Shown one piece after another: positions 24,101-36,286 of a DNA stretch of 64,000 nt (its first letter is position 1; each line of letters starts with the position of its first letter). The notes under the pieces are model-generated. The model saw only the letters and a program-made list of their open reading frames with translations. It was not told where the DNA came from and did not search any database. The stretch spans positions 29,698,001 through 29,762,000 of the forward strand of contig NC_088861.1 of assembly GCF_963853765.1 (NCBI RefSeq). Direction: 5' to 3'. Source of the stretch: Magallana gigas (Eukaryota). Both the position numbers and the translations under genes were made by a program.

Positions 24101-27100
24101 TTTGCTAAGTGCGTTGCTAACGCTGAGGGTAATAGAACAGATTATGAACTGCGTCTAAACCAATCAGATTTCAGTATTTAACATGAAAGTATAACAATTC
24201 TCATTATCAACCAGTTCTAAGATCCCAAAATCAAATCCTTGTTCAAGATTGTCCACATGGGATTAGTTGCAAAAATTTTAGTAAACTTCAATGCAAAACA
24301 TTTTTTGAAGTTAACACATTAAAAAGATGTCACTATGATTGAAAAATTGGCTTTTAGTAAACTCAAATTGCCACTATATTAATATTAATACTTGGGATTT
24401 GAACCAGTAACTTTACAGTCACCGACCAAATGCATAGACAACCAAGTCACATACTCAAGCCAAATATTCCTTGAAAACTATTATTCCCAACACTATGTTA
24501 CTATTATATAATAGTTATGTTTGCTTCATCATGATATATCTATATGTTACCTACCTCTCATACAGCCGGTCGTAGAGCTGGGCCTCTGACAGGGAGAGAG
24601 AGGACAGGTCAGCGGCGGTGGTTGTTGTGGCCCCCTTCCCCTCGTCCTCCGCCTCACTGGGTGGGGTGGACATCGGGGTCTGGAAATCATCTCCATTGTC
24701 TGCAAAGTCAGAGGGGAATCAATTATTTTAATTACTGTATCATGGAAATTTAAAAAAAAATTAATCAGGCAGAATAAGACAGTAAAAAATTAAGACGCCA
24801 AGCAATATTAATGTTGTAATAGTCATCAACTTTGGAACTAATGGCCTTGAACTTAACCAAGCATTTATTGTTGACCTTGACTGAAATTCACATTTTCCTT
24901 TTCTTGAAACTTTTAATTCAATAGATTTTTCATCAAATTAATTGCTAATAAAAACCCATTTGATTCAACATCCATAATAAAGCAAGACTTTACAAGTAGC
25001 ATCCAATTATAACTCACCATCATTATCGTCATCGTCTGTCTGGTTTTTCTCTGGGGCGTCCATTGTCTTGTTGTAGAAGTGGACATGTCCGAGATCCAGG
25101 ACCATCATGTTGGACGTCTGATCCGAGAAATTCTCAGGTACCATGATCTGAGGGGCCGAGATGTCAAGGTTAACATCCCAACGACTGTGCTTCTGTAAAA
25201 TTAGAAATTATCTATAAGTTATCATTACATATATTAATTAACAATGAATTCATTCTTTCTTAAATACCCTCTCCCATCCCCCCCCCCCCCCCCCAATTTG
25301 CTAAAGGCCTGCAAAAAAAATATGTGACTACGGTATATGTTATGAACTGTTTTCAGCAGTTTGTTGTAAAATAAGAAAATTTTGAAAGTAAAAGAAAAAA
25401 GAAATTACATCCTAGAGTATACGTTTGTTTATGAAATCTTCAGGAGTTGGCTTTTACATCAATAAATCAGGAATCATGGTTGGAAAAGAAAAACACACAC
25501 ATTAAGCCCTACGGAAACACTCACCCCGTCCTCACCCTCCAAAAAATCCTCCAGGGCCTGTTTGAGCTCCGCCTTGGACCGCTCCTTCATCTGTTGGATT
25601 TGGTGCCTTGCAGTCGCTAAAACAGATTCCACTTTCTTACAGTTTTACTTTTATATCAAAACTCAATGACTTTCAATTTTTCTTCATTGAAATACTCAAG
25701 TTTCAAAATATAACCTTAAATATGTCACTTATTTGAATTCTTTTCAGAAATGTTTTGGAAAGCAACTACCTCATGTATTGTTGTATTTTAGATACATACA
25801 TGTGTATTAAGTTTGAAGTGTGTTGAATAGATGCACTTTTTTCTTTTATCTTTTTTAGAGTTTAAGTTATGTTGTATCAAAATTGTTGAAATATATGCAA
25901 AACATTGTTAAATTTTTTTCATTTTAGTGGATCTGTAAGACACAATTAATTATTGACAAGTGTTTTTAGCTATATAAATAATAACTGACAACCTTTGAAT
26001 TACTAGCATTTGAGCTTCATTCTGCACAAACATTTGAGTTCAAACAGTGAGATAGACAGAATTCTTGAGATGACCTATTTTTACCTGTGAGTTTGAGTTG
26101 AGAGAGACGTGAACTGCTGAGCTTTTTGGTGGAGAAGAATTCCCTCACTCTCTTCACAGACATGGGGTTGTATACTACATCTAGTGGCTTAGTCTGAATG
26201 TTGAGTCTGCCATCAGAAAGATTTTAATCATGATAATAATAAACCTAACAAATATCATTTAATAATATAGACAAAGTACAGTACTCAGGCAATTGCACCT
26301 TACATGAAATTCAAATCAATTTCATGTGAAATTCACATAAAAAATTCCACATGAAAAAATTCAAACAAATTTCACTTCACATGAATTTCACATTAATTTC
26401 ATATGAATTTCACATTAAGCTTCACGTAAAATTCACATTAAGCTCTTTTCACACGAAATTTATGTGACGCACGATGTGCTATGATATTTATGATTAAAAT
26501 AAATGAAAGGATGAGAAATCATAAAGTAACATAAAATGCTATAACACAGTCATTTAAACTACTTGTACGTAACTATATAAATAGTTTTCAATACTTTGAG
26601 TATTTTTAACACAGGGACAATTACAAAGAGACAGACCTATACTTAGCTGTGCTGTTTACAGGATTCTTCTCATAGAACAGTTCAAATATCTTGTCCCCTG
26701 GGGCTCCCGCGCCCTGGGGAGGGGCTGAAGCCTTGCCCTGCTGGGAACAAAAACTGCTGTTGGGGGACTTGGCCAGTGTCAGTATACGCTCCTGTAGTAC
26801 AATATAATGCATGATCAGTAACAGACAAGTAGCTCTTAATGATGACAATTTATTTTTTTAACTTTGAAGATTCATACATTTACATCAAGTGCATTTTAAA
26901 CTAGTTTTGCTTGTTAACCAAACAGATCTCATCTTAAAAACCACACACGGTGACAGCAGGAGATTATATATGTTACCTTGGGCTGGGGTGCGATGATGTT
27001 GGGGAATATGGAGTTCTCCAGGAACTTGTCCCTGAGGTACAGCCCCCCTACGTCCACCCCAAACTTCATGGCCTTGGAGCGGGGCCGCGACTCGAACAGG

Positions 27101-30100
27101 ATGTTAATGGCCGAGCACTCCAGCTCCAGCATTGTCATCAGTTGACTGGTAGATTCTGAAATCATTTTAAAAACATTTTATAAACAAGTACATGTATAAA
27201 CATTTTATGGCACACCTGTACATGCACATGTACTAATGGTCACTGTACATTTTAATTCATCCACTGGCAGATAAAAACAGTGAGCAACTAAAATCTGTTG
27301 AGGATCAAGTTTACCAGGTATGAATATGTAATTAAGAAGGAGTGTTTTGCTGGCCAGCTGTTGTAAATCTTCAATATGTACATGCACAAGATCTGAGAGT
27401 CAATATTTTGCCTTTACCTGTAGGAGATAATGGCTTTTCTTTGAGAAGTTTGAAGACTCCAGACTCCAGCTTGAAGATCATGAAGGCAAACACTGTGTCC
27501 TTCTTTAGGAAGGAGGTGTTCTCTGAGGTGTCTTGTACCACATCCATCAACTCCTGCTCAATCACTGAAAGACAAGACCATTAACATCAGCCAATGAGAG
27601 CAAAGCAAAAATATAGAGTAGGAGAGTGGTTTGTGCCACATCAATGAACTATCTCTATCACTGAAAGATGAACCAAAGAACACCAGAAAATGAAAGTATT
27701 TTTATCACATTTTTAAACTAAATTTACAAATTCATGATTCCCTTTATAAATATCCCTGCAATAAAATATTGCTATAAGGATGACCAGTGCTTTTAGAACT
27801 TTGATTTACACAGGTTATTCCCGTACAAGTACCTAAGTCCTCGTTGTTTTTCCGTATTTTGGTGGGTGGTTCCCCCACTTCTAGGGAGGCCGCCTCTGGA
27901 CTGGTTCTCCTACTGGTGTCAGCCTCACTCTGGGATGACCCATACCACCCGCCCCATCCCGGGAACCACCGCTGCAGGATACCACCCTGTTCTGTAGCAG
28001 GAGGGGTAGTCACCTTCTCTGGTTCAGGGACCTACAAAAAGCCATATAATTTATCATCATTTAGTTCAAGTGGGTTTTTTTCAGTACAAAATAATTATGC
28101 ATACACATGTACATGTATAATCATATTACTCTCTTCATGATGCTGACAATTAATCAAACAGATTTTTTAGTTTCCATCAATGGACAAAATCAAAATACAT
28201 GTAAAAGGTTTATCTATGATATGAAATATTTCTTCCAAAATTCCTGTTTTCTTTTGAGTATCCAATTGACAGACCTTGTACAGCTTGCCCTGCTGTTTAA
28301 CATGGTGGTATGCCAACTCTCTCAGAATCTTCAACTCATCAAACTTCAGCTCCGACTCCAGTCTGGTCTTAATCGCCTACAATATACCGTTTTTAAATTT
28401 ACCTCAGTCAGAATCGAGAAAAATCATGTATAAAATCAATATAAAATTCATTGTTCACTCGCACATGTGTTTTGTGTGATTGTGATTTTGTTCTGGTTTA
28501 ATATTTCTAAACATTAGTTTTGTATATTGAACAATCATGAACAATAATGTATAAAATCAATATAAAATTCATTGTTTACACAGTCACACATGTCTTTTGT
28601 GTGATTATGTTTTTGATCTGGTTAAATATTTCTCAACATTAATAGTTAAATTTGTATATTATTTTAGAAAAATTTGCTTTGAGTATAGGTTAATGCCTCC
28701 ATCTTATGAGACCATCTGTACATCACAATAGCTTATAGACTGAGATTCCTCATTTTCTATATACTCACAGTATCTGCTGGACTGAGTTGGTGAGTCTCGA
28801 GATATCTCGCATAAACTCGGTGATAAGCACATACATCTTTGGCTCTCTGTACCAGGAAGTCTTTCGTGAGTTTCCTGTTTCTTTCACGTATCGTGTGTAA
28901 GGTGGCATTGATGGCATATTTCCACCAGATTGAAGACCTGGAATGAGAAAAAAATACTTTAAATTGACAAAATATGATACTTAAAAGTAGCTCTACATAT
29001 AAAATTTTGCTGATAGGCAAAGGCAGGTCTTCAATCATTGTAAATGTTGAAAAGATTTAACTGGTAAGTTTATATAAAGATGCAAATTACCTAAAAAATT
29101 ATTTGAACTTACTAGTAAAAATATTTGTTATCATATTTGATGATCATTTCAAAAATTATATCACTATAAATGATTACAAATATTTCATCAAATGACTTGG
29201 ATATTTAAGAAAGCTGTTGAAATGAGATGCACCACAAAATTGCCTTACCCATTCCTGACTTTGATCGCAGGTCTCCACTTGCGATATTTCCTGCGTCGTT
29301 CATATCGCTCCATCTCTTTGAGCCACTCGATGATACACTGATACTGGTCCTCACTCAGACAGAAGGCCACCGTATCCAGACACACATCCATACTGATCCG
29401 CGGATTGTTCGGATCTCGAAGCGGGAGGGAGGAGGTGTTCCTCTTCAATTTGACCTTTGCACTGACTGGGGAAAGGATGTAGTCATGTTGCTAGAAAGAA
29501 AATCAAAGTCCTAAAAGTACTGAAACTTTTCCACCCAACAAGCAATTAAAATTAAATCAACCAATTTCCGTAGAGCTATTGGGGTGATATTCCCCTCCAT
29601 TATTCTTACATTACAATTTCACTAAAAATAAAATATATGCCAAATTTGGAATGATTAAAAATGATCATGAAGGGCAAAACACAATGAATCAGATAAAACA
29701 ACAAACCTTGAATTGTCTGGTTTTGCAGGAGACATAGGTTTCGCTTTGAAGGGAAGCCTTCAAGAAAAAGTTATCATCATCAGGAAGGAAAATCATTTTT
29801 ATTAATAGATAAATGATTGACCTGATTTTTGAGTTTTATGCTTGGTTTAAATTTTTTACAACAATTTTTACCTCTTTCCGATTTTTACAATTTAAAATTT
29901 GTTATACTATCACTGGTATTATCTTCATTACTGAACACAAATTTTTTTTACTGGATTTTTTTGTGAAGCTTACCCAAAAATCTATTTGTTACTGTCATGG
30001 TGTTTTTGTAGGTCATTCTTGTCACATATTATTTTAAATAATACATTAGAATTTGTTATAAAAGGTCTTTTTTTTTTACAGAAGATATATTTTATGTGTT

Positions 30101-31109
30101 TACATAGAGGTCCTCCCTGGGAAGGTCCCCTATCATGCTGGCCTCAGTGTCCAGGTACAGAGAAAAGTTCTGAAGGTCCACCAGTTTAAACTTCATGTCA
30201 GACACACTGCTTACATTGGCTCTCTGAAATCATTAATTAACAGTATAACTTTATATTAATGGAATAAGTGCATGCAATATACCACTTGTTAATAATTAAA
30301 ATAATTTATACCAAAATTTAATGTCCAGAAATACCTTCAATTAAATATTCTAATGGAGAAAGCCATTGATAAACTTTTTTCAGTGACTACATTTAATCAG
30401 ATTTTCTCCTCTTGCAAGAATTGTTGGAAATAGAACTTTCTGTCAGAGGTCTTTTTCTTTTTTAGAAAGAATAATTACTATTTTTGCAAATTTTTCAACT
30501 TTTTTTTTTCAAATTTCAATTCTCTTCAACTCAATTAAATTTTCATTACAACTTCAACAATACCCAGACAAGAACTCACCCACTCTGAGTCTGTGCTCTG
30601 AGCACTGAGACTTCTGATGACGATACCAAAGGCAAAGGGGTGGTCTGGAATCAGCTCATCATCCTCGTATCTGATGTGTACATCCTCAATGTTCAACTAC
30701 AGAGAGCATTAAACAGCATGATTAATCAAGAGCAGCATATGCAGTATAGATAACATAATTATCCAGTCAATGATTAGTGTGTCCTCAATGTTTAGCCACA
30801 TAGACAACATCATGAAGCATGATTAAACAAGAGCAACATAAAACATAATGAATCTGATGTGTTCATCCTCAATGTTGAACTACAGAGTCAAAATCATAAA
30901 ACATGAGTGACAAAGATGGTCTCATGAAGCATGATTAAGAACGACAGTATGGAACGCCATAGCTGCCTTAAGGTCAATTTCATATTATATGAACTGGTAT
31001 TTCATTTATATGCAATAGTAATATCATTATATGCAGTGGTAACATCATTACATGCAGTGGTAACATCATTATATGCACTGATAACATCATTTTATGCAGT
31101 GCTAACATC

Positions 31110-31149
<40 letters not shown>

Positions 31150-34100
31150 CGTACTGTTTATTATTATTTTTTTTTTCCAAATTTTGTGCACGCGATTTCT
31201 CGAAAACTACTCAACCGATCTGAACAATTTTTTCACAGATGATGGGAAATTATCTGAATTTTATATGTTTTTGAATTTTTTGTCGTCGTCACTTCCGGTC
31301 CGGATTTACGGTCGATTTTGTAATTTTTTACGACCAATTTTGTGCAGAGTTGATCTCAGAAACTATAAGAGATATGACTTTGAAATTTTCAGGATAGGTA
31401 GAGCATGGTTTGAAGTTGTGCACTATTTAGTTGTTTTGCACCAGTGGCGCTATTCCTTGGAGCTCGCTTAGGCACAAAAATGGGGTACAGATTTCGAATC
31501 AAAATTTCCATATGTTTTGATCAGTATCTTTTTATCAGTTGATATTTTGACAAGACATATAGAACAAAAGTAGTAGAGAATCAAAAGTTCTATCCAATAA
31601 AATCAAGAAAAAGGGGCTGGCCCCTTTAATTAGGGACCAAGAGACTCGTAAATTCTATTACGAATAACTTGAAAACGATAAATATTTTGTTATGCATTAT
31701 AAAAATCAAAGTATTATCGGTTTGAAAGAGTCATCGTCAGGCCCATGTCTGAGGTAAATAGGGTTTTTATTCTTTATCTTCAATTTTTTTTTTTGGGGGG
31801 GGGGGGTAATTTTGAAATTGTATCGATATCTCATGGTATCATTTTATCTAAAAAAAAAAAAAAAAATCGGACGGAAGACCTACTCGTTACTCGTAACGAG
31901 GTCGTATCTAGTTATTATTATTTTTTTCCACAAATTTTGTGCACGCGATATCTCGAAAACTATTCGGCCGATTTCAACCATTTTTTCACAGATGATTGCC
32001 AGTGGTCATAATTCTAGAAGTTTTTTTAAATTTTGAAATCGGCACTTCCGGTTCCGATTTACGGCCGATTTTGTAAATTTTTACGACCCATTTTGTGCAG
32101 ACATAAACTCAGAGACTATCAGAGATATGAATATGAAATTTTCAGGATAGGTAGACCATAGATTGTAGTTGTGCACAAAGTAGTTTTTTGGCGCCAGTGG
32201 TGCCATTCCTTTGAGCTCGCCTAGGCTCGAAAATTAAGTACGAATTTTGCATTTAATTTTTCATACATTTTGATCTGTATCTTTTTATCAGTTAATATTT
32301 TGATAAGACATATATAACAAAAGTAGTATATAATCGGAAGTTATTTCAAACGAAATCATAAAAAAGGGGCTGGCCCCTTTATTTAGGGGCCAAGACACCT
32401 GTAAACTCTAATACGAATAACTTAAAAACGATTAAGATTTTGTAATGCTTTATAGAAGCAAAGTTGTTGATCGTCACAATATCTGTCAGGAAAAATTATT
32501 GCCACGCCCATTTGTTACGTAATTAGGGATTTTTAGGGGCCAACGTACTTAGACTTTGACGCAATATATCTAGAGAAGTAGATATATTTTGTTAAGCTTT
32601 GTAGAAGAGAAAATGCTTGCATTGATGATTCTCATCGATTCCATCAATCAAAATACCAATCCCTGTCCCCATTAGGGATTTAGAGGGCTGGCCCCTAAAT
32701 CATTCAAACATTTGTATTTCAAAAATGATCAACAATTTAAGATAAGTGTAATAACAAAAAATGTTAGAATTTGTGAGATCTTTCGACTGAATTCAAGAAA
32801 AAGGGGCTGAACCCTTAAATTAGGGGCCAAGCCACTCGTAAAGTCTTTTTCACATACCTTAAAAATAATCAAGAATTTGTAATGCATTACAGAAACAAAG
32901 TTGTTGATCATAACAATATCAGTTTGTAAAACTTATTGCCACACCCATTGATGACGTAATTATTGATTTGAGGGGACTAAACTCTTAAATCTTTAACATG
33001 CAAAATGTGAAAAAGCAAAACACTTTATTATGCATTTTAAAGGATATTGACAATCGTATATATTATCTGAAAGGGAGTGTTTGAGGTGGAAATCAGAATT
33101 TTCATTGATATTTTAATCGTATCGTTTAAAAATTGAACGGAAGACCTACTCGTTACTCGTAACGAGATCTTATCTAGTTATATAATATTATTTCACCATT
33201 ATATTCAGGGGTAAAATCTTTATATGAAGTGGTAACATCATTACGTTATGTCGTAAGATCATTATGTGCAGTAGTTTATTCATTATATGTTATGAATAAA
33301 ACTTTAAATGCTATGATAAACTCATTTCATACAGAGCTAAACTCATAATGAACTATTGTTCAATCGTTATGTTATATGGTACACTCTTCATGTGCAGTTG
33401 CAAAATCTTTTTATGCAGTGCAACTTCTTGACATTAGGTGATAAGTACATTATATGCAGTACTAACATCATGTTATGGTGTATTAAAACCATTATGTATG
33501 GTGGTAAAACCTTTATGTATTGTGGTGAAACCTTTACATGCAATTGTAAATCCTTTATATGATGTGACAATTTTATAATATGCCGTTGTTGAGTCATTAT
33601 ATTATGAAGTCAGTTCTTTACATGATGTGATCATTTCATTATATGGAGTGGTAACTTCTTTATATGCAGTCGTAACTCTTTATGATGAGGTTGTAAACTG
33701 GTTCTCGCTGAAAAGTTTTAATGGGGAAGAGGTCCAGTTTTATTTATAAAAAGATGCCGCGTTCGTTGTGACGATGCACATTTCCTGGTCAACTTGTCGG
33801 GTTTTTTTAAGAGAGAGAGAGAGAGAGAGAGAGTTTATCTGTCTTTTAACATCGATATCATAATATCAATCATTGAACCCATTATGTATGGTGGTAAATC
33901 GAATGTATTATTAGTAGAGTATGCTTTTAATTTAAGAGTAAAAGAAATTACAAAAAATGAAGCAAGCGTTTTAAAATCAAAGTCGAAAGACCTTTGTTTC
34001 AATGTACCAGGCTCCGGGATCATGAAACTGTCTTAAATTTTAAGTCAGACTTAAGTCAATAAATTTGCACTTAAATTTTAAGATTGTTCTTAAAGTGGAT

Positions 34101-36221
34101 CACAAAAAAATGACTTAGGGTTAAGTCTGAAATATTGTCTTAAATCTTAAGACTGCTATTAGGCAGACTTAAGTTCATAGATTGTTACTAAGTAAGTTCA
34201 AAATGGCGACACTCGTTGGATTTTTTAAGAAGAAATGATCAGCAAAGAAGGTTGCTCCCTCGTCCTTGGGTTTTCTATTTATAGTCTATAGTACTCTAGG
34301 TTTTTCCCCTTTGTGGACTTGCTATTGAAGTTATTTCCCTTTGTTAAAGTGAAAGTGTGTAAACACGTCTGTATAATGACTGATATGTTATCCAGTAAGA
34401 AACTATGCTAATATTTGTGTGAAGCATCTTTTAAATATAATTTTTTAAACTTTGTGATATATGATAATGTTTACGATGCAGCCGATAGGAATCTTCAAAC
34501 GAAGAAGAGTTCCACTTTTAACAAATTCTGTCGAAAAATCACGCGAGTTACTATGGAGTTTAGCTAAGACAAATCTTAGCTAAGTTTTTTCTTAGATCGT
34601 TTTGTGATCCACTTAAGTAAGCAATCTTAACGAAGTCTAAATCTTAGATTTAAGACAAAATTCTAACTTAAATTTAAGACAGTTTCATGATCCCGGAGCC
34701 AGGTAGATGCTACTTCTCGCTGATTAATGCCTCCAACACAAAAGGAATAGACAGATTTTTATTCATAGACATAAATAAAAATTATTTTTCATTTTTCTTA
34801 AAATTAATTTTATTTTTAAGAAATAATAAAGAAATTGGTTGGTCTTAACCTCTTTTTATGGTTGTTTCATCCACTGTATAAAATTTAAGCTCAACAGGCA
34901 TGTATTTTTGTATTTTAAATCCTACAAAGAAGGTGTTGCAGTTCCTGTGCTATTTTCCATAAAGCTGTTGCAGATATCTTCATATCATTTTTATAGGACC
35001 ATTTTATACGCGGATCAATACAAAATTTTCGGGGGGGGGGGGGGTTGCGATGAATACTGAAGTTTGCCGAAGGGTAGGGGGAGGTGGGTCCGAGGCAAAT
35101 TTTTGGTAATTTCATGGAAATTTTAAGAAATTTTAATTTTTCTGGGGCGGGGTCCTCCCCGCGACCTCCCCCCCCCCCCCCCCCCCCCCCCCCCCGTTCA
35201 AGACCCCCATGCATTAAACAAATTGGTAAATGGTTTCACTGAAAAATGTGACTGGTTTCATGGCATATCCGATTTTTGTTTCAAAGAGGCATATTTTTAA
35301 AGATTAAACTTCGAAAAAAAAACCTCCGAAGTTAAAAAACGGTGTTTTAAATCTTAACAAACTTCATCATGTCTAGTATAGCCGAGTGGTTACGCAGGAT
35401 GTCCGAATAATCACTGAGACTAACTACTTGGTATTTTTTAAATTAATTTTTGAAAAGGTAATACTCCTATTCCGATGGTTTTGAAAATAAATGATGTCGG
35501 GATAAATAAGTTTTAAAACGCTTGTTATTGTAATATTTTACATGTGTGCTGATTTTTTCAACGTTACCGACTTTGTTCACATTATAAACATTTGTAGCTG
35601 CAGATCTGTAGCTCTCTGGTTGAAAAAATTCGGATAGACAAATTGTCTATCCGATTTTTTTTTTAAACCAGAGAGCTACAGATCTGCAGCTAAAACATTT
35701 GCTGCTGAACGAGGAAGTAACGCATTAATCGATAATGTTAATGTATTTTTTTTGTAAAATATGTCGTTTTCAAAATATATATACATATTGTTCGACATCG
35801 TTAAAAGCAAGCCGTGCAATAATGTATGAATCAGCAAAATACGGATAAGTTTGTTCCAAGCACCACGGTTTATATGGATGCTATTAAAATTATTTTAAAT
35901 AACAATCAAGAGCAAAGTAACTCCTCAATTTAAACGTTTTTGAAGAGACAGAACTAGATTTATTAATTCAAAAAGCTCCAAAGAATTACATACATATTTA
36001 AAACACGATAGCAAGTAGAAATTAAATTGTTCTATGTTAATATCAAGATACATAAAGTGATCTTCCTATCTGTATGCCCGGATCTAGAAGCAGAGGGGGG
36101 TATAAAATTTCTACAAAGTACAATCATTTAATTTTTGAAATTTATTTTACTTTTAAAATTAAACGCGTACTCTACTAAAAATTCATTCGATTTATCACAC
36201 ATCGATGTATCAAGAACAGAG

Positions 36222-36286
<65 letters not shown>

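Noticed and set aside
24390-24460. Decayed tRNA-SINE head on the minus strand
   Set aside because: Only a B-box-like GGTTCAAATCC is clear; too degenerate to call.
35030-35200. G-quadruplex or poly-Gly ORF (34915..35214)
   Set aside because: Homopolymer tracts of a common GC-rich MITE; tract lengths are also prone to sequencing error.
35367-35400. tRNA-like A box TAGCCGAGTGGTT
   Set aside because: No B box or cloverleaf follows.
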